Made by a program: the position numbers and the translations under genes. Source: a virus (taxonomy: Duplodnaviria; Caudoviricetes). Taken from it: 64,000 bases of DNA. Location of the stretch: positions 32,001-96,000 of IMG/VR virus record IMGVR_UViG_3300032332_000934; one strand, 5' to 3'. The notes under the pieces are model-generated. The model made no database searches. It saw nothing but the letters and a program-made list of their open reading frames with translations, and was not told where the DNA came from. Positions 44,619-55,500 of this stretch are shown here, piece by piece; the stretch's first letter is position 1; every line of letters starts with the position of its first letter.

Positions 44619-45197
44619 CTATTTGCCAAAAGATATCACAGAATATTTTGTTCCCTCTAGTACAGGAAGTACTCTATGAATATACTCTATAGATGAAGGG
44701 AAAATAATAAGACTATCCTTAGATGGTTTGATTGGCATAGTATAGGCTTTATTCTTAAATTGAATCTCTCCACCCTCATAATCATCATTTATATAGTACA
44801 CAAAAGATATCTTAGACGGGTGAGGAATTCCGTCATCTGAATGCCATGTAACGCTTTGTCCTTTTTCATACCTAAGAAGCTCCCACGGCTCTCTTTCTTT
44901 AATCTTTATTCCGCTTTTTTTTACAAAGTCTACTAGGCAATCTGAAACTGCTGTATCTATTTTTTTATTCAATATCTTTTTTGCATTATTATAATTAATC
45001 CCATCCTGCTCATTTGCGTATAAAGAAAAAACAGTGCATGATCTTAGGGATAAGTCATAATCCCTATTATTCATTGTTGATTGGCTAAAATCTTTTTTGT
45101 ACAGATTAAATATACTATATACTTCTTTAAGGATATCTAAATCTGAGCCAATCACATCTTTATAAATCAATATGTTGTTTCCTAAGTCTTGTATCAT
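44619..45197 (-). CDS. 2OG-Fe(II) oxygenase (P4H-like)
   Basis: LLRY..G....WHSD...ISFVYYINDDYEGGE.F..FPS..Y.HRV.PV..GTKY; TAATG-coupled to the fibre gene. Confidence 0.92.
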   Translation of the reverse strand: MIQDLGNNILIYKDVIGSDLDILKEVYSIFNLYKKDFSQSTMNNRDYDLSLRSCTVFSLYANEQDGINYNNAKKILNKKIDTAVSDCLVDFVKKSGIKIKEREPWELLRYEKGQSVTWHSDDGIPHPSKISFVYYINDDYEGGEIQFKNKAYTMPIKPSKDSLIIFPSSIEYIHRVLPVLEGTKYSVISFGK

Positions 45198-48100
45198 TAG
45201 TCTGGTATCTGCTTATCTGAATAATTGTGAGCCATTATACCTTCGGCAAAGTATATGTCCTTACTTTCAATATTAATAGAAACTGTGTCCACTTCCTCAT
45301 TAATTAAAATTTTTGAATAGATTTCCACTATTTGGAGATCTTCGTTCATTATCTTGTTACCTAACTCAAGATCCCTGATGGATACAAATTTCCAAACCCC
45401 GTCTTTTTGTGCTGGAACCATATGCTCATAAGTTATTTTAATTGTATCATTAATAATATAGTATTGTCCATAAGATCTTATAACAACATTTGTAACTACA
45501 GCAGTAGTTTTTGTTGTTTCAGATATGTCATCCGATGACCATAGGTGCATATTAGTTATATCAAACTCGTTATCCTGAAGTCCTGGGATTTCAGCAGCCA
45601 TGACCTCATCTCCAATATAAAGATCTTCTATGTTTTTCCAGGTTCCGTCTGACATTTGAATTTGTGTTCCTACTACGTGGCAGCCTCCGCCTCCGCCAGT
45701 ATTGACCGTATTTACAGTGTTAACAGTGTTAACATTATTGACAGTATTTACAGTATTGACGGTATTCACATTGTTTACAGTATTTACGTTGTTTACAGTA
45801 TTGACTGTATTTACAGTATTAACTGTGTTAATAGTATTAATTGTATTAATAGTATTAATTGTATTGATAGTATTAATTGTATTAATTGAATTACATGCTC
45901 GATATTCAAATTCATAACCATTTACTTCTCTAGTAGATAGTGTTGCACAGCTTGAATTTATACATGTTTCAATTGCTGTATAGGAACGTGATCTTGCTTC
46001 TTCTCCCTGATAGCATGAACCCCAAGCTGTCCAGGCTCCATATGATTTTGTTCCTACAGTACAGCCTGCGGTGCAGCAAGCAATGTACTCATATTCTGTT
46101 CCATTGACTTCTGTTGTAGTGCTGTTACAACTAGTATCAATATTAGTTTGTATTGCAGTCCAACTTCTTGATCTAGCACGTTCACCTTGGATACAGGATC
46201 CGTAGGCTGTCCATGCACCATAAGTTTTAGTGCCAGTTGTACTACTTGCCGTGCAGCAGCCAGTGTACTCAAAATCTGTACCGCTAACTGTTTCAGTTGT
46301 ATTAGTACAACTTGTTGTAAAGCATGATTGTGTAGCAGTCCAACTCCTCGATCTAGCACGTTCGCCCTGAATACAGCTACCAAATGCAGTCCATGCGCCA
46401 TAGGTTTTTGCTCCAGTTGTACAGGACTGAACACAGCATGCTGTATATTCATATTCAGTTCCACTAACTTCACTTGCAGAAACTAAATTGCAACTAGTGT
46501 CTATACATGTATTTATTGCCGTCCAAGATCTTGATCTTGCACGTTCTCCCTGAATACAGGATCCATAGCCTGTCCAGGCTCCGTATGATTTTGCACCTAG
46601 CGTACAACCTGCAGTGCAACATGAGGTATATTCATACTCTGTGCCATTTACCTCTTTAGTTGTTGTTGTGCAGTTAATTGTATTGCTTGTTTCAATAGCA
46701 GTCCATGAGCGTGATCTAGCACGTTCACCTTGGATACAAGAACCAAATGCTGTCCAAGCTCCGTAAGTTTTGATTCCAATTGATGTACTTGCAGAGCAAC
46801 AATTTTTATACTCAGTATCGTAACCAGTTGTTGTAACATATATAGTTGTGCAGTCCCTTGTTGTTTGTGTATCAGTTGCTGTCCATGGAATAGTTCTTCC
46901 AATTTGTCCAGTATTTAAATTACATGTCCCCCAAGCATTTGGAGTTCCATAAGTTTTAGGTCCAAGTGAGGAGGTGGGGACACAACAATTTACTTGCTCT
47001 GTTTCGCTTCCAGATAACTCAACAGTAGTTATTACACAATTTTTAGAAGTTGTTTTTTGATTTTGAGTCCATGTTCTTGTTCTATTTCTTTGTGGGTCTG
47101 CTGGATATGCTGTACACAGTCCGTATGTCCAATCTGAATAAACTTTAGGTTCTAAAACAACTAATGGGCAACATAGATTATCAATTTGAGAACATTCTAT
47201 TGCATAATAAGATCCATTTATAGTTTTATCATATGTTTCTGTAGATTTGGAGCAAAGGCCACCAGTAACTGTTGATAAACAATACCAAGTTCCTCCAATA
47301 ATTATACATACTGCACTTGATGTTACATAATCATATGAAACTGCAGTTAAATTTATATTATCTATTTTAGAAGTTATTGCCGTTAAGCATGAATTAGCTC
47401 CAGCAGTTACTCCTGTTACGGTTATCACATCTAAAGACCGAGTTGCCGTTCCGCTTGTTGCAGAAACTGTTATATCAAACGTGCTTACTGTACTCCAATT
47501 GGTTATATTAACTTTATAACCAGATGAAGTTATATCATATGGCGCTCCTAAAGTTGCAGCAATTCCATTTGAAAGTGTTCTAAAGCTCTTGGATATCTTA
47601 TCGCTTTTATACTTATCATCTTGTCCAGCCAGCGCCGTTACTGAGACAGTATATAATCTATTTTCGCTTAAACCATAGGGACTAGATGAAGTAGTTGATG
47701 TTGAATTTAGCGGGTAACCTCCCAAAGAGTTTGCTGTAATAGAATCAATTAACTCAACCTTATACCTTTCAGCATTTGTTGAATACCAAGATATATCTGC
47801 GGAGCTTTTTGTTCTATTTGATATGGTTATTGTTGGATTTTCTATTTTTCTTGGCGGGGTAAATACATAAGATGCAACTCTTTGAGTTTCAGACATATCC
47901 AATAAATGTCCATCCAGCGATAACCCGCTATTATAATAATAATCATTTGCAATGGCATAAACATTAATAATATAATCTTCTCCAGAATCAAGCATTGCTT
48001 GTGTATAAGTAATTGATGCTGAATATTGATGTGTTGTTGATAAAGATATACTTTGCAGATCCCCAATTCTGGTTCCATAAAAATCAGTAAGTTCAACTAT

Positions 48101-48877
48101 TTGCTTTCCAATAAATTCATTTGTCCGAGAAGATGGGAAATATTGACCAGTTGGATAAGTTGATAATGCAGATGTAAGATATTGCCATTTAAGTCCAAAT
48201 ATTTTATTATCTTTATTACTTAATGTTTCATCTTCAACTATTTGATCGCCTGTGCTATATGTATAAAATTCAAAGTTAAGTTTTGGAAATATACCTGTAG
48301 CACTTGGGTACCATGTTGTTGCCAACAAGTAATCTGCCTCAGTTGGGTTTGCATCTATAGCTGCTTGAACCTGTGCCCTAAATCCTCTTTTGCTTTTAAT
48401 GTCATCGAGTGTTATTACTGGTCTATTTGCAGGTAGCTTAGGAACCTCATCTAAATAATCTGAATCCTGATAGGTTGTATACTGGAGCTCTTCACTAATT
48501 AATGTTGTTGGAGCATCCCAATTTGTAATTATAGACTTTTGTATTTTAATTAAAAATGATAGCGGATCTTCATACCACTTACCTCTTGTAACATACATTT
48601 TATCTTGCTGACTACATTCATATTTTGATTCGATTGAGCTTGTAGATACAAAAATTAATTGTGGATTTATTTTTGGATAAGGAAAAGCTGCGCCAAAAAT
48701 TCTTTCCCATATTCCGCTTGGGTTAAGTCGCCACATGCTTTTAATTTTAATCCAGCCGCCAACTGCGCCGCTAGTTTGTGTTGGTGAAGCTTTTCTCCAG
48801 ATGCTTTTCATTTTAATCCAGCCGCCAACATTATGAGCGCCAGTATCTCCTGGTGAAGCTTTTCTCCAAACAGACAT
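45197..48877 (-). CDS. tail fibre/receptor-binding-like protein with FN3, thrombospondin-like Cys repeats, (I/V)NT repeats and C-terminal Hint domain
   Basis: Duplicated WRKASP..VGGWIK.KS N-terminus; FN3-like W..Y.V..GL....Y.VSVTA; 7 Cys repeats; GGGGG-C..GT.I.M.DG..K.IEDL..GD.V ... GIMAHN. Confidence 0.8.
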   Translation of the reverse strand: MSVWRKASPGDTGAHNVGGWIKMKSIWRKASPTQTSGAVGGWIKIKSMWRLNPSGIWERIFGAAFPYPKINPQLIFVSTSSIESKYECSQQDKMYVTRGKWYEDPLSFLIKIQKSIITNWDAPTTLISEELQYTTYQDSDYLDEVPKLPANRPVITLDDIKSKRGFRAQVQAAIDANPTEADYLLATTWYPSATGIFPKLNFEFYTYSTGDQIVEDETLSNKDNKIFGLKWQYLTSALSTYPTGQYFPSSRTNEFIGKQIVELTDFYGTRIGDLQSISLSTTHQYSASITYTQAMLDSGEDYIINVYAIANDYYYNSGLSLDGHLLDMSETQRVASYVFTPPRKIENPTITISNRTKSSADISWYSTNAERYKVELIDSITANSLGGYPLNSTSTTSSSPYGLSENRLYTVSVTALAGQDDKYKSDKISKSFRTLSNGIAATLGAPYDITSSGYKVNITNWSTVSTFDITVSATSGTATRSLDVITVTGVTAGANSCLTAITSKIDNINLTAVSYDYVTSSAVCIIIGGTWYCLSTVTGGLCSKSTETYDKTINGSYYAIECSQIDNLCCPLVVLEPKVYSDWTYGLCTAYPADPQRNRTRTWTQNQKTTSKNCVITTVELSGSETEQVNCCVPTSSLGPKTYGTPNAWGTCNLNTGQIGRTIPWTATDTQTTRDCTTIYVTTTGYDTEYKNCCSASTSIGIKTYGAWTAFGSCIQGERARSRSWTAIETSNTINCTTTTKEVNGTEYEYTSCCTAGCTLGAKSYGAWTGYGSCIQGERARSRSWTAINTCIDTSCNLVSASEVSGTEYEYTACCVQSCTTGAKTYGAWTAFGSCIQGERARSRSWTATQSCFTTSCTNTTETVSGTDFEYTGCCTASSTTGTKTYGAWTAYGSCIQGERARSRSWTAIQTNIDTSCNSTTTEVNGTEYEYIACCTAGCTVGTKSYGAWTAWGSCYQGEEARSRSYTAIETCINSSCATLSTREVNGYEFEYRACNSINTINTINTINTINTINTINTVNTVNTVNTVNNVNTVNNVNTVNTVNTVNNVNTVNTVNTVNTGGGGGCHVVGTQIQMSDGTWKNIEDLYIGDEVMAAEIPGLQDNEFDITNMHLWSSDDISETTKTTAVVTNVVIRSYGQYYIINDTIKITYEHMVPAQKDGVWKFVSIRDLELGNKIMNEDLQIVEIYSKILINEEVDTVSINIESKDIYFAEGIMAHNYSDKQIPD
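45698..45886. repeat. 21 x 9-bp coding tandem repeat, (I/V)-N-(T/N)
   Basis: Counted from DNA: 7 INT followed by 14 VN(T/N); synonymous positions vary. Confidence 0.92.
45893..47150. repeat. seven ~180-bp coding repeats (TSP1-like Cys-rich units)
   Basis: K[TS]YGAWT..GSC.QGE.ARSRS[WY]TA...C...G.E.EY..CC; five close and two divergent copies. Confidence 0.9.
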
Positions 48878-51360
48878 TATGCTTTCCTACTTAAATAAAT
48901 ATCTCCGCCTAAAGCATAGGAATCTAAAAAATCAAGTTGCGATGCAAGTCTGTCTTGTGGGTGATAATTTCCACCATAATAAAAAACTCTTCCACCATTT
49001 AAATATCCAGTGGATCTTGAAACAGTCACAGTCTGATCTCCCCAAACGCTATCTCCATCGGTTGGTAGTCTACTACCAGGGGATACCAATTGCAAGCCAC
49101 CAGTTACTGCATTTGCACCAATAAGGTTAATATTAAATGTTGATCCGTCAAATGTAAGTTTGCCATCTGCAAGGCTAAAGCTTCCATATGGCTTTGTTGT
49201 ATTGCCAATTGTTGTGCTTTTACCTAACAAGTAATCATTTGAAAAGCTTTTGCCTGATCCTAAAAATACATTGGATGCAATTAAATCTGTTTTAACTTTA
49301 AAATCAGTTCCATCGTATGTTAAATCTCCATTAGCTAGCCTGAAGTTTCCAGATGAAGATATATAATCAACATTACCTGGATTTCCGCTTCCTTCTCCAG
49401 GATAGGCTGTTGTCCAATCAGATGGGCTCATAAAATAATGATTTGAGCCAACAATGTTTCCGCCTATTATTGAGCCTTGTAAGCCATCTAGTGTGACTTG
49501 TGATGTTAAATTTGTAGATACTATTTTTGCAGAATCAATTGTCCATCCATCTGAAACCTTATATCCAGTTGCAGTAGTTGCATCTGATACAAGTATTCCA
49601 AAGCCACCTTCTCCAGCTTGAACCATTCCTTTAAGAACGGCGTCCTTGGCAATCATCTTTCCTGCGTATGTAACTGAGAAATTAGGACTTACTGTTCTAG
49701 ATCCTCCAGCCCAAATTGCAACATCTGAGGGAGTTGTTGTGGCAAAGAAACCTACGTTGCCAGCCTTGTTAATTGATGTATCGTCAATTGTCCATCCCGC
49801 TATTGTTCCTTTATTAGCAATAATTCCATTTACTGTATCTAACTGAAATAGTTTTCCAACTGAGTCCGTACCCTGGATTCCAACACCAATTTTTGCTCCA
49901 GCAGTATTAGTTAGTTTTCCTATTTCAAATTTTCCAGAAGATGTTGTGACTCTGAGTTGTCCGTCTACTAGTGCTGTTCCTATGTCAACAGATCCAGTAA
50001 ATGCTCCAGCGTTAGCATTTATTTTTCCAGTTATTTCTAAATTAGTTCCATTCCAATAAAGCCAATCGCTAACTCCGCCAACTTTAAATCTAGCTGCAGA
50101 AGAAACGCTTGTGTTTCCAGTAACATACCAATAATTTTCTGGCGCTATATACAGACCTTTATTTGAGTTGTCTCCACCAATTCCATATCCAAGCTTCATG
50201 TCTCCTGCAGATATTGCAACATCTGTCTTTAATGATGTGTTGGATGGAATTACTATGTTTGGATATTGTTTATATACAGAGTTATCGTTCCCATAAACAT
50301 CATATGTTGTTACGGCTATTTGATAAGTTTGACCAGCTTTTAATCCATACAAATATGTTGATACTGTAGCTCTTCCTGGAACAGACATGTATGTGTAATT
50401 AGAATCAGAAGCAGTCTTGTATCTTATTCTGTACCCAGAGGTTGAAGTATCTGTATTTTGCGTCCAGGTAAATAAAATCTTTTTGTCAAAGTTAAAGAGT
50501 CCGTTAGAGTCATCTTCAACGGTTGTAGATCCTAAATCAAAATTATTTTCTGGTGGTAGATCGTCAAAAACAATAGGGTCATAAGCTTTACCCTCTTTAA
50601 TGTCTGAGTTTAGAGATTCGCATTCAGAATAGGATAGGTGATTAAGCTTTACATAAACCGTAGCTAATGTATCTAATATTATTGACGCTGGGCCAATTCC
50701 TGTATATCTAAGCTCCCAATTATAAGGACTAGGTGTTTCTGAAACATATACCCTGGTTTCTCTATAAGTTCCGTATCCAGTTGCGCTATCCTGCCAAGAA
50801 ACAAGTATGCCGTTGCTTTGGCTAACAACATTCCATGAGGCTGCTAGTGTTGTATGAGAACATACTGGGTCTACATATTCTGCAACTGTTACTGGACATT
50901 CATCTGAGCTTCCATCTCCATAAACGCTTTGGATAGAAAAAGATGTAAATGATTTTCTAAACACTCCTCCAAATTGAAATATGTTGTTTTCTCTTGTTAA
51001 TACCCACGAGTAGTTTAAAGAAGATCCAGAAGCTGAAACAAGGTGGGACCTTCTGTACCCACCAGCTGTAAGAGTAATTACATAATTTTTTACACGATTA
51101 TCATTTTTTTGCCAGCTTACATTTAATCCAGCTTTTGCATCCCATGAAGCAACAACATTTATTGGGCATACTCTTGATGGGCCAACCGTTCTGAAATTAA
51201 ATCTATCTGAGAATTCGCTAGAACCTAATGACTTGTCACTGTATATCCAAGCAACCTGAAGTGCGTAATCAGTATCACAGTCTAAATCTGGGATTACGAC
51301 ATCCCAGTAATCACCATCTTGTTTTTGTGTGATACCTAGATCTGGATACTGTTCAGACAT
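48877..51360 (-). CDS. minor tail protein with fibronectin-III-like domains
   Basis: W.....SGYRIRYK...LYGLKAGQTYQIAV..YD.YGN FN3; G.IAGWTI fibre-like repeats. Confidence 0.8.
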   Translation of the reverse strand: MSEQYPDLGITQKQDGDYWDVVIPDLDCDTDYALQVAWIYSDKSLGSSEFSDRFNFRTVGPSRVCPINVVASWDAKAGLNVSWQKNDNRVKNYVITLTAGGYRRSHLVSASGSSLNYSWVLTRENNIFQFGGVFRKSFTSFSIQSVYGDGSSDECPVTVAEYVDPVCSHTTLAASWNVVSQSNGILVSWQDSATGYGTYRETRVYVSETPSPYNWELRYTGIGPASIILDTLATVYVKLNHLSYSECESLNSDIKEGKAYDPIVFDDLPPENNFDLGSTTVEDDSNGLFNFDKKILFTWTQNTDTSTSGYRIRYKTASDSNYTYMSVPGRATVSTYLYGLKAGQTYQIAVTTYDVYGNDNSVYKQYPNIVIPSNTSLKTDVAISAGDMKLGYGIGGDNSNKGLYIAPENYWYVTGNTSVSSAARFKVGGVSDWLYWNGTNLEITGKINANAGAFTGSVDIGTALVDGQLRVTTSSGKFEIGKLTNTAGAKIGVGIQGTDSVGKLFQLDTVNGIIANKGTIAGWTIDDTSINKAGNVGFFATTTPSDVAIWAGGSRTVSPNFSVTYAGKMIAKDAVLKGMVQAGEGGFGILVSDATTATGYKVSDGWTIDSAKIVSTNLTSQVTLDGLQGSIIGGNIVGSNHYFMSPSDWTTAYPGEGSGNPGNVDYISSSGNFRLANGDLTYDGTDFKVKTDLIASNVFLGSGKSFSNDYLLGKSTTIGNTTKPYGSFSLADGKLTFDGSTFNINLIGANAVTGGLQLVSPGSRLPTDGDSVWGDQTVTVSRSTGYLNGGRVFYYGGNYHPQDRLASQLDFLDSYALGGDIYLSRKA

Positions 51361-51361
51361 G

Positions 51362-52222
51362 CTACTCGCCAAACGATAGGTCTAGTTTAAATTCTATTGC
51401 TGATTCTCTTCCAATTACTTTGACCATTGTTGAGTCTAGTAAAGACCTAGCTATTAAACCGTACTCTGGATCAAATGTGTCTTCATCATTAATTCTCAAT
51501 CCATCCATAGATACAGATGTTTGAGAAGATGTGGGTGTGACAACAATACCTAGCTTTGTAACGCTTTGAGCGTTAAATGTTCCTGTTGAAACTCCAGCAG
51601 ACATTGGCAAGGACTTTACATTATATCCTACAGCATGTCCAGTAAATGTAAATTGTAGATAATCAGAATCAGAACTATATAATCTAACTTTTAATGATGC
51701 TAAATTTGCATCATTTGCTTTGTATGAAAAACATATTGTGTCTGAAGGATTGTAACCAGATATATCTAGATTTCCTAATTGGTATGTGTATTCTTTTAAG
51801 GATGCTCCGTTTGATGTGAATATTAAAGAGCTATCTCCAACTCTATAGTTAGCTTGATCTAATGTTGGTTCTGGACTCCATTCATATGGAAGCTCAAAAT
51901 TAGATATGAACTTACTCTGGTACAAGTTTCTTGAATAAGATTCTCCAGAGTATATTCCAATTTCATTAATCTTTCCAGCTATGTTTGTTGGTAATGTAGC
52001 TGAGAATATAACTGTATATGTTGTAGGTGAAGATGTAGCATCTATATCTATCCCGCCCTGCCTAATTGGAACTCTATAAAACTCAAATCCCAATCTTGAA
52101 TTAGTATTTGCTAAAGCGTACTCTGTGCCTGTTGCAATTCCCAAAGCCATCTCTTTTGAAGAGAATGAGGAGTTGCCTGCAATAAAATTAGCTAGGAATC
52201 TTTTTCCAAACTTAGTTATCAT
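51362..52222 (-). CDS. tail/baseplate protein
   Basis: MIT..G, MALG.......L.FEF.R.P, I.EIGIYS motifs typical of fibre-attachment domains. Confidence 0.7.
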   Translation of the reverse strand: MITKFGKRFLANFIAGNSSFSSKEMALGIATGTEYALANTNSRLGFEFYRVPIRQGGIDIDATSSPTTYTVIFSATLPTNIAGKINEIGIYSGESYSRNLYQSKFISNFELPYEWSPEPTLDQANYRVGDSSLIFTSNGASLKEYTYQLGNLDISGYNPSDTICFSYKANDANLASLKVRLYSSDSDYLQFTFTGHAVGYNVKSLPMSAGVSTGTFNAQSVTKLGIVVTPTSSQTSVSMDGLRINDEDTFDPEYGLIARSLLDSTMVKVIGRESAIEFKLDLSFGE

Positions 52223-52557
52223 GCTCTTCCCCCTTGTGAATCAGATATTGTTACTGCATATAAGAACCCATCAATTTGCTCTTCGCTTGAGTTATAGATT
52301 CTAAACTTTGCTTTTGCTCTTTGCATTCCAGAAGCATCTTCATAAAGCTCAAACCCTTTTAATACAATATCGCTAAGCTGTGGTCTTTTGCCTTTCTTAT
52401 CGTCACCGTCATCTCCACCACCACCATTATTTGTTGTTGATGTAAAAGGAAAAGATCCAGCAATAGTTTTTGTGGCTCCAGTTTCACCCTTCCATACTGC
52501 GGCAAGGCGTGGGTCATCGTCAAGTATTACGGCTACTTTTCCTGCTTCAATTCCCAT
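52219..52557 (-). CDS. hypothetical tail-module protein
   Basis: 112 aa ORF; TGGTATAAT 6 nt before ATG. Confidence 0.7.
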   Translation of the reverse strand: MGIEAGKVAVILDDDPRLAAVWKGETGATKTIAGSFPFTSTTNNGGGGDDGDDKKGKRPQLSDIVLKGFELYEDASGMQRAKAKFRIYNSSEEQIDGFLYAVTISDSQGGRA

Positions 52558-52580
52558 TTATTTATTATACCATTACGTTA

Positions 52581-55500
52581 TTAGATAGCTCTACACGAAA
52601 TTTCGGTACGTACCCCTTCCGCATAGTCAAGGGTGCACCTTGTGACTATATATTTATTTGAGCTTTCTGTTAATCCCAATATTGGGTAGTTTATCTTAAC
52701 AATGTCCCCAGCTGATATTAAAGGGTTTCCAAAGACAGACATACTTATAGACTTTCCCTTATTAAGAATATTGGACTTTATCCATTCAGCTAAAAGTTTA
52801 GCATCCTCTTCTGACTGTATCCATGAAGATTCAAATATGACAGATTCTTTATTTTCTGAATCTGTTGATTGATCTGTATCGTAATCTATTACACCAGATC
52901 TTTGGATTGAATTTCCTAATACATAAAAGCTTGTATTATTGCTATCATCTAAAATAATAGTTGTAGAAGTATTATTTAAAACATAGCTTTCTGCTCCAAA
53001 TGGTTGGAGTCTTTGATCTAATATTGTTGCATATTTATTTAATGATGTTCTAAATTGAATAGGTATGGCTGGCCTATCATCATATTGAATTTTTGTTTTT
53101 CTAATTTCTCTTGCAGTGGTTCCAAACTCAAATAGGGCTCCACTTTGATCTGCTGTGGTTCCTCCATCATTATAAATTAAATCTCCATAAAGCATAGATA
53201 GGGTATCATCTGCATATACTCCACTATGCTGATAAGATTGAGTTAAATTATTTGTATTGTATACTGCTTCATTAATGCTTTTTGCATATAAATACTCAAA
53301 ATATGCTATTCCCTGCCCGCAATGCAATCCTACATTTTTTGTTATTGCAGTTGGTGGAATATATGTATTTGTGGAATCATCACCTGCATCAACTGCAGTT
53401 ATTTTAAATCCATTAATAAAAACAGTGATTGTATTTTTAAATATATTTCCAGATAACGATTCTCTTTTTACAAGCACATCTACATTATATGAGCTTCCAG
53501 CATAAATTCCAGATAATGTTTTTGTAGAAGTTTGCTGGCTGTCTTTTAATACCTTAAGCTTATTGTCTTTAACTTTTATAACCATTATATCTTTTTGAAG
53601 TCCAGAAAATGCTGTTGTTCTTATTAGAACATAGTATCCATTTTTACCAGTTGAATCTAAGCAAAATCCAATTCCTCCAACTTGTTCTGGACTATTAACT
53701 TGACTATCAAAAAACATTCTAGTTCCATAGGCTACATAGGGGTTATCTATTTCAATAGAATTAAATGATTTTAAAGCAATATCAAATGTTTTTTTGTCAG
53801 TATCTAAATTTGAAACAGCTAAATAACTTTTTGATATTGTTTCTCCTGTTGCGCTTGCTGGGGTACTTAATTTTCCAACTCCAGGTTTTAATTTAGCAGT
53901 ATCTGGTGTTGCAAGAATAATGTTGTACAAATTAAATTTATTTGAATCAGATTCTCCAGATTGATTAACATAAGAATCTAAAGTTTTTTTATGATCTGTT
54001 TTAGATGTACTTAGGGCACCCCTAGTTTTAATATTATATTCTCCAGTTGGATAAAAATTTTTATAGCCAGTCTTTGCTAAGGCTGAGTATTTCCATATAT
54101 CTGATTGATTTTTAATAAGGACTCTAGTTGGAACACCAGTTGAAGATGGAACATATTGGTACCATAATCCCTCATACTCAATAATTTCACCATTGACTAA
54201 AACATATCCGCTAAATTCACCTAAAACTTTATCAGTTCTTGCAGAGTTTATTGTATTTGGATTTAGCTGAAATATTGTGCTTGAATCCGATATGTCAGTT
54301 GCAAGCGATCCAGCCCCTAAAAATGATTCGCTTGATTTCCATAATGGAGAAGAAGACTGTTGATTTGTTGATACAAAAGCTGTCGAATATCTTACTCTTA
54401 CTTGATTTGCAGAAAATAACTCTTCTGCATCTAAACTTATAATATTTGGAGAATATGATATTACTGATCCAGTTTTTATTTCTTCACTAGTAAATGTCCA
54501 TGCAGCATCAATAGTATTATCATAAATGTAATTTCTAGTATAAAAATTTAATACATTATATTCATCTACAAAAGCATTCATTTGAATATCTCTGCATAAC
54601 TCCTGAAGAACATCCCAAACTGTTTTATCTCCATCAGACCACCAATAAGTAAGTGAAGGTATAGAGTTATCATCTACTATCCCATTAGTCTTTTTAACAT
54701 TAATTCGATAATTAGAAAATCCAATTGAGTCTAATATTCTTTTAATAGTTGCAGTTACTGGTGAATCTTGTATTAATAATTGTGGGCATAGGGTATCCTG
54801 CAAAATTTTTGCTGCGTCTGTTGCCTCAATATTAGCTTCTCCAAATTCAGACAAAGTCCAGGAATTTACATAGAATGTTCCCTGTATTGCTTTTTCTGAA
54901 GTTATTCCATCTCCAATATTTATATATGGTTTAACCATAACATTTTTAAACAGATATATCTTTGTATTATCAATAACGGATTTGCGGTCATACTCAATAA
55001 TAGATTTGGAAGTTGTATGTGGTTTCATAATAGACATACTTAAATAGTTTGCTGTAATTATTCCTACTGGAACAATAGATGTGCTATCAGAAGTAGTTTC
55101 TTTATTAACACGAAAACTTATTATATCTGAATCAATTGGAAGAACCCATCTTGGGCTAAATTCAATAACTCCAATTAGCTTTCCTGTATTTGAATTAACT
55201 GCCTGCAAGGATACCTTTTTAAAGTATTGAGTTGTTGTGTATGTACTAGGTTCTGTTGTTGACCATGTAGTACCATTATAATGTATTATTGCTTCCCCAC
55301 TTGAATTGAGCGTAGTGCCAGATGCAGATACAGTAGTGTTGTCTTCTTTGACTGCAGTGATAGTCCATGAAGTTGGTGTGTCGTGGCTAGTCTCAAATCT
55401 TGCTAATATTTTATTTGCTGGGATTAACTTGTTTATAGTCTTAGCCTCATCAGAAAAATACTCTAGAGAAATGTCAATATTGGTATTTTTTGGAGCGAGC

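Noticed and set aside
45224-45682. Hint domain as a mobile splicing intein
   Set aside because: No homing endonuclease, +1 residue is Tyr and only 8 residues follow
45698-45886. (I/V)NT repeats as N-glycosylation sequons
   Set aside because: The register is N-T-V/I or N-N-V, not N-x-S/T
45698-47150. Repeats as a CRISPR array or DGR template/variable pair
   Set aside because: In-frame coding repeats with mostly synonymous variation, no unique spacers, no adenine-specific pattern noticed and no reverse transcriptase in the window
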